Shown here piece after piece: positions 59,348 to 64,000 of a DNA stretch of 64,000 nucleotides. The stretch is taken from IMG/VR virus record IMGVR_UViG_3300047480_000598, positions 32,001-96,000 of that record; one strand, written 5' to 3'. Below the pieces are notes generated by a model, which did not search any database, was not told the origin of the DNA, and saw only the letters and a list, made by a program, of their open reading frames with translations. This stretch comes from a virus. The number at the start of each line of letters is the position of its first letter. Position 1 is the stretch's first letter. Made by a program: the position numbers and the translations under genes.

Positions 59348-59725
59348 TTAACTTATTTGTGATCCTGCAGGATAGTCGTATTGTTTATTTACTCTCGCTA
59401 CAAATTCGCCGTTATCGTTTATATAATAAAACATATTTTTATTATCCCACCGATATTGATCCCATTGTAAATTTGTATGAGGTCTACTATGATCAGACTC
59501 AAGCCTTCCGTCAAAGTAATCTGCTCCATATTGAAACTCGGTATAATCATTTTCAGTTAATCCAGGATTATTAATAATAATTTCTGCATCAATATCTCTT
59601 AATTGATCAATTTTAGCAAAATATAATATTCCGTCATCCGTTCTACGTATTGCATAAAAAAATCTCGGGTTTCCGATACCTAATATATCGTCTTGATTTA
59701 CTTCATTACCAATATAATATGTCAT
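59348..59725 (-). CDS. Phage hypothetical protein
   Basis: 125 aa, SD AAGGA, within fibre operon. Confidence 0.75.
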   Translation of the reverse strand: MTYYIGNEVNQDDILGIGNPRFFYAIRRTDDGILYFAKIDQLRDIDAEIIINNPGLTENDYTEFQYGADYFDGRLESDHSRPHTNLQWDQYRWDNKNMFYYINDNGEFVARVNKQYDYPAGSQIS

Positions 59726-59736
59726 AATAATTATCC

Positions 59737-60093
59737 TTAAATAATTTCAACATAGCTCATAACTAGATCTAAGCTGTCTGCTACAGTTGCTTGTATATAA
59801 ACTTTAGTCGACGAAGATAAAATTAATTTTTCACCTCCGTTAATAACTCGTAAACTTTGGTTGGGAGGAATAACTACTCCTTTAATATAGTATGCGCTTC
59901 CTTCAACAGTCGGGGACGGGAGAGAAATGTCATCTAATTGTTCAATTCTTACATCAGCAAGAACTATACCCCCTGTTAAATTTGTTAAACTCATTCCGAT
60001 AACAGTTGCTCGAGCATTATTTGCTACCGATAATACGTTTGTTTCTGTTGTTCCTAATTCAGATTCTAGAACATTTTTAAAATACGTTGCCAT
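59737..60093 (-). CDS. Small beta-rich virion structural protein
   Basis: 118 aa; IPPNQSLRVINGGEKLIL...SLDLVMSYVEI. Confidence 0.7.
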   Translation of the reverse strand: MATYFKNVLESELGTTETNVLSVANNARATVIGMSLTNLTGGIVLADVRIEQLDDISLPSPTVEGSAYYIKGVVIPPNQSLRVINGGEKLILSSSTKVYIQATVADSLDLVMSYVEII

Positions 60094-60100
60094 TTTATTG

Positions 60101-63100
60101 TTATCCTAATATTAATACCATTTGAATGCCGATGTCTGTTGCTTCTGCTGCGGTAATACCGGATGAAATACCAGCAACACTAGTCCAAATTAATCCAGTC
60201 CAGACTTCTACTAATCCTAATTCAGTATTAAATCGCATCATTCCAGTTTCTTTTAATGCAGGCCGGTCATTTTGTGAATCTCCTGCTGGAATTACGACTC
60301 CGTTAGTACCTGCGATTTTTACATATCCTTGACCGGTTTGTACAAATTCTGTAATTGCGTTCGAAACAACATTTGTTATAGTGTTATTTCTTATTCGCAT
60401 GTTTCCGATCTTAACCCCACCGGTTCCTGCGGTAACCAAATTTATATCACTATCGGGTAATAAAGTCGTAATGGTATTGTCGTAAATATCTAAATTATTA
60501 GTTTGGAATCTTTCTGTAAATAATTTAACACTATCAATTGTTGCTGTTAAATTGTTGTTTGCATAGAAATATAAAATATTATCGTTTGCTCCAGGTGTTG
60601 CTTCTGCTAATATTCTAGTATTACCGCTTACATCTTCTACCCCACCTAACTTTATCCAATACCCGTTTGCTCGTGCTTCGTATCTTGATGTAGTAGTGTT
60701 ATAACGAACCATACCGTTCGACGGGGTTGCAGGACGTTCTGCTGTGGTGCCGACAGGAATTATTAAACTTTGATTAGTATTAATAACAACACTACCAGTA
60801 CCTTGAGGAGTTAAAATAACATTCGAATCAGTAACTGTGCTTTGAATATTGTTATCTTGTACTTTTAATCCTTCGAATATTACATTACCTGTACCATTTG
60901 CTTGCAATATCAAATCGGTATTAGTAGTAGTTGTTTCTATAGTGTTGCCTGAAATAGTAATTACAGGAAGTTGTAGATATCCGGTGCCTGTAATGTTTCC
61001 AGTAACAGTAGTATTACCGCTAGTAGTAAAGTTACCAGTTTGATTTATATCGCCGACATGTGTTACTGTACCTGTTATTCCAACATTTTTAAGATAACTA
61101 GTTCCAGTAGTAACAGTAAAATCTTGAGTAACAGTTAAATTTTGATCTATCTGTACATCACTGCTAGGAATGTATATTCGACCTGTGCCATTAGCAATTA
61201 ATTGTAAATCGTCATTACCGATAGTTGTGCTAATAGTATTATTATCAATTACTACACCGTCAATTTCTATTCTATTAAGATATACATTCTTCCATCGTAA
61301 CGGAGTAATTCCGCCTTGCCCTAGATTGTATGTTGCAGTAGTTGACGGAATTAGATTACTATTAATACCTCCGATAAAATTAATGTTATCAGCAGAATTA
61401 TTACCTATTTGAATGTTACCGTTAAGGGTTACATCACCTGTAACATCAAGTGTTCCTGTAACAAAAGTATTATTTTGTAAATTAATTGTATTGTTTGCCG
61501 ATACTACATTTACATCACCAGTAAGACTTTCAATAGTGTTTCCACTTATTCGAATATTTCCTGTATCTATATTTGTTGGAAGTAATGTAGTTGTGTTTAC
61601 ACCGTCAGTAAATACTACTCCTTCAGGCGCTGTAATTGTTAATGCTTGATTATTAAACAATACATCGCCAGTTTTTTGATTTACATAAAATGCATCACCA
61701 ACTTTAAAGTTGCCTTCGTTATCAACACTAGTATAATAAATTTTAGCTCGATTTAACTCTACAACTTCATTTGCATCAATTCGATCGTTCGGGTCATTTG
61801 TTGATAATTTTCCTGATCCGATATATGCAAAGTTTTGTGATATTAAGTAAGCAATTACGCCGTCACCGTCACCGTAAATGCCGTAATTGCCGTATATGTT
61901 TGCCGATCCTATTGATCGAATTTCTGCTCCAAAATCCGAGTAATCAGCAAAATTAATTAAACTTGCGGTTCCACCTGCACTTGTTCTTAAATCTTGATAT
62001 GTAATTCCGTCATCTAAGAAAGTAGTTGAATTATTTGGTCCGTTAAAATGTAGTAATAATACTGTATTAAGATCACCAGTTAATGCGCTAGTAGGTGATA
62101 CGAATGTAGTATTATATCTAGATACACCTTTTGAAATCCTTACATCATCGACATATCCAGGAAATGCGTAATTGCCGTTTGGATCAGCTCCGATTCTTAG
62201 CCCTCTTGCTAGATAATTGTTAGAATCTGTATAGCTAGATCCAACTTGGGTTCCGTTTACAAATGCCTTTGTTACTCCGGTGTGTCGTGCTAAAACAACA
62301 TGCGACCAAGATCCAACTGGGACTGAGCCAACTGGTCCGATTCTATAATTTCCATTAAAGTAAAAATAAAGTGCATTAATATCACTTAAACCAAGAATAA
62401 TTCCACCTGTATCACCGGATGAAGATCTAAAATCAAATATTGTGCGGTATGTTCCTGTTGCTGTTGGATACACCCATGTTTCTAAACAAAAATCTCCGGT
62501 ACCAAATTCAAAATCTGGATTTGTTCCGATATTTGCAAAGTCTCCAGTTCCGTCTAACGATAAGCTAGCTGTACCAAACTTTTTTGTAATTGTAGTTAAT
62601 TTTGCGTCGCCGTTTGCAAATACTGTTTTTCCAGATCGATCGGTAATAGTTTGAAAACCGACACATTTACCTGTTAAGTTTATATAGTTTCCATCTATAC
62701 TTGCTATTGTACCTGAACCTAATACTGTAGTTCCGTCGGTATCATAATAAGTAACAGTATTTCCGACATTCCACGTGCCGGTTTTAGTATCGATTCTTAA
62801 CCTTGTTTTACCTTGTCCTGCGAAACCATCGTTGCTCGAAAATGCATTTATACCTTTATTTGCAAAATATGTAAACGAGTTTAACCATTCTATTCTCGAG
62901 CCGTTTGTAGTAGTAATTGTATCTACATTAGGTGTTATAAATGTTACAGAATGGAAAAGCATACTTGCTTCTTTTGAAGAAGTTGTTGCATATGCTCCAT
63001 CAATATATGCACCTTTACCTGCATCTCCTTGGGTAAATCCATAGGGGTCACTTACGCTTGTTACACTTCCTTTTGTAAGAACTGTACAGTTTCGAATATA

Positions 63101-64000
63101 TGGCGAGCGAGTAGTAACAGTAAAATCTGTTGCAAATCTAAATCCATATCCGTTGTCGGGAAAAACTCTTGTTCCTCCATTGCAACTAAATGTTAAATTT
63201 GATAAGAAGATCGTCCCAGCAGCTATACCGCCGCCGTGTGTAACTGTAGTAACACCAGTAGCATAGTTGTATGTTGCATTAGTTACTGCATAATCTGTTC
63301 CGTTAACATTTACAGTACCTCCGCTTACATATGTATGGGCAAAAGGAGAAATGCCAGCATTAAATGTTACAGATCCAGATGTTGCGCTAGTTACAGTAAA
63401 ATAATTTCCACCACTAAAGAAATCTGCGACAGATAAATCCTCAATAGTTGTTTCACCGTTAAGTAAAAATGCATCATTATATCTAGTTGCAGTAGTAGGT
63501 ACAATCTTAACTGCTCGTATTCCAGTACCTTTTATAGAAACACCAACTGGAACTGTTAGTGGAAATATTTCAGTATATGTACCCGGGTATATATAAACGA
63601 CATCCCCGGCTGTTGATAAACTTAGTGCATACTTTATAGTCGCTAACGGATCATTTTCGTGTACACCTGCATTAGTATCACTTCCGTTCTCTGATACATA
63701 AAATATATTTCCTTGTGGTAATCTAATATCAATATCATTTAAGAATAATTGATCAGCGTTGATATTTGTTGAATATAAATTATGTGTGTAAATCGATTGC
63801 CATGCTTTACCTGTGGCAAGAGGGTTGCTACCTGCTAAATTCCCTGGATCACTACCTAGATCAAATGTATTATTTGTGTTAGGATATACATTACTATCAA
63901 TTTCAGCGTTGAATACTACATTATCGGTATTTGAATCACCGATGTTAATTTCTCCATTAACATCTCCGTCGACTCGTAAATTTCCTGTAACATATAAGTC
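60101..64000 (-). CDS. Large virion fibre protein with beta-helix and LamG/ConA-like domain (5' end beyond window, at least 1300 aa)
   Basis: Frame stays open from 62962 to 64000 (manual: GNIFYVSENGSD..PLATIKYAL..VYIYPGTYTEIFPLTVP..RSPYIRNCT); LamG-like FGTGDFCLETWVYP..WSHVVLAR..GYVDDVRISKG; GMVRYNT fibre repeats. Confidence 0.85.
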   Translation of the reverse strand, partial: DLYVTGNLRVDGDVNGEINIGDSNTDNVVFNAEIDSNVYPNTNNTFDLGSDPGNLAGSNPLATGKAWQSIYTHNLYSTNINADQLFLNDIDIRLPQGNIFYVSENGSDTNAGVHENDPLATIKYALSLSTAGDVVYIYPGTYTEIFPLTVPVGVSIKGTGIRAVKIVPTTATRYNDAFLLNGETTIEDLSVADFFSGGNYFTVTSATSGSVTFNAGISPFAHTYVSGGTVNVNGTDYAVTNATYNYATGVTTVTHGGGIAAGTIFLSNLTFSCNGGTRVFPDNGYGFRFATDFTVTTRSPYIRNCTVLTKGSVTSVSDPYGFTQGDAGKGAYIDGAYATTSSKEASMLFHSVTFITPNVDTITTTNGSRIEWLNSFTYFANKGINAFSSNDGFAGQGKTRLRIDTKTGTWNVGNTVTYYDTDGTTVLGSGTIASIDGNYINLTGKCVGFQTITDRSGKTVFANGDAKLTTITKKFGTASLSLDGTGDFANIGTNPDFEFGTGDFCLETWVYPTATGTYRTIFDFRSSSGDTGGIILGLSDINALYFYFNGNYRIGPVGSVPVGSWSHVVLARHTGVTKAFVNGTQVGSSYTDSNNYLARGLRIGADPNGNYAFPGYVDDVRISKGVSRYNTTFVSPTSALTGDLNTVLLLHFNGPNNSTTFLDDGITYQDLRTSAGGTASLINFADYSDFGAEIRSIGSANIYGNYGIYGDGDGVIAYLISQNFAYIGSGKLSTNDPNDRIDANEVVELNRAKIYYTSVDNEGNFKVGDAFYVNQKTGDVLFNNQALTITAPEGVVFTDGVNTTTLLPTNIDTGNIRISGNTIESLTGDVNVVSANNTINLQNNTFVTGTLDVTGDVTLNGNIQIGNNSADNINFIGGINSNLIPSTTATYNLGQGGITPLRWKNVYLNRIEIDGVVIDNNTISTTIGNDDLQLIANGTGRIYIPSSDVQIDQNLTVTQDFTVTTGTSYLKNVGITGTVTHVGDINQTGNFTTSGNTTVTGNITGTGYLQLPVITISGNTIETTTTNTDLILQANGTGNVIFEGLKVQDNNIQSTVTDSNVILTPQGTGSVVINTNQSLIIPVGTTAERPATPSNGMVRYNTTTSRYEARANGYWIKLGGVEDVSGNTRILAEATPGANDNILYFYANNNLTATIDSVKLFTERFQTNNLDIYDNTITTLLPDSDINLVTAGTGGVKIGNMRIRNNTITNVVSNAITEFVQTGQGYVKIAGTNGVVIPAGDSQNDRPALKETGMMRFNTELGLVEVWTGLIWTSVAGISSGITAAEATDIGIQMVLILG

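Noticed and set aside
60101-62962. Track start at 62962 (953 aa)
   Set aside because: The frame is open to the window end with homologous motifs upstream; the true start lies beyond 64000.
1226-63436. About 40 short ORFs (60-116 aa) in the track, antisense to or nested in long genes
   Set aside because: They lie within well-supported genes, lack recognisable motifs, and read like antisense shadows of codon-biased sequence.
1-64000. CRISPR array, tRNA or other structured RNA genes
   Set aside because: Intergenic gaps are at most about 110 nt and are explained by promoters and terminators; no spaced direct repeats or cloverleaf seen by eye.
1-64000. Stop-codon reassignment in this region
   Set aside because: Genes up to 12 kb are intact under the standard code and tile the window without fragmentation.

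Overview
This is a 64 kb, AT-rich, almost fully coding segment of a large T4-like (myovirus, probably jumbo) phage genome. It has three parts. (1) 1-17.7 kb is the morphogenesis core: terminase large and probable small subunit, gp4-like head completion nuclease, tail tube and a tube paralog, an enlarged tail sheath, and gp13/gp14/gp15-like neck and tail-completion genes. It is interrupted by an HNH gene and a cassette of two adenylate-forming (ANL) enzyme homologs, one fused in frame to the dNMP kinase. (2) 17.8-35.3 kb is an enzyme island with 4 flavin-dependent tryptophan-halogenase-family genes, 14 Fe(II)/2OG-type or JmjC oxygenases, 2 dUTPase-like-fold paralogs and a Nudix hydrolase; part of it lies behind a T4-type late promoter. 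(3) 35.3-64 kb is a fibre/appendage module: a chaperone-like gene, three His/Gly-rich paralogs and three giant related virion proteins (4031 aa, 2508 aa, and at least 1300 aa truncated by the window edge). The most striking observation is that the 4031-aa protein carries 12 helical repeats of about 140-160 aa with an invariant C-x-R-D motif. By eye these align with the bilin-binding globin-like core of phycobiliproteins, suggesting a chromophore-carrying virion appendage. T4-like late promoter boxes (several placed as for leaderless mRNAs) and three intrinsic terminators are visible. No tRNA, rRNA, CRISPR array, integrase or reverse transcriptase was seen. All family assignments are from motif recognition by eye, not database searches.
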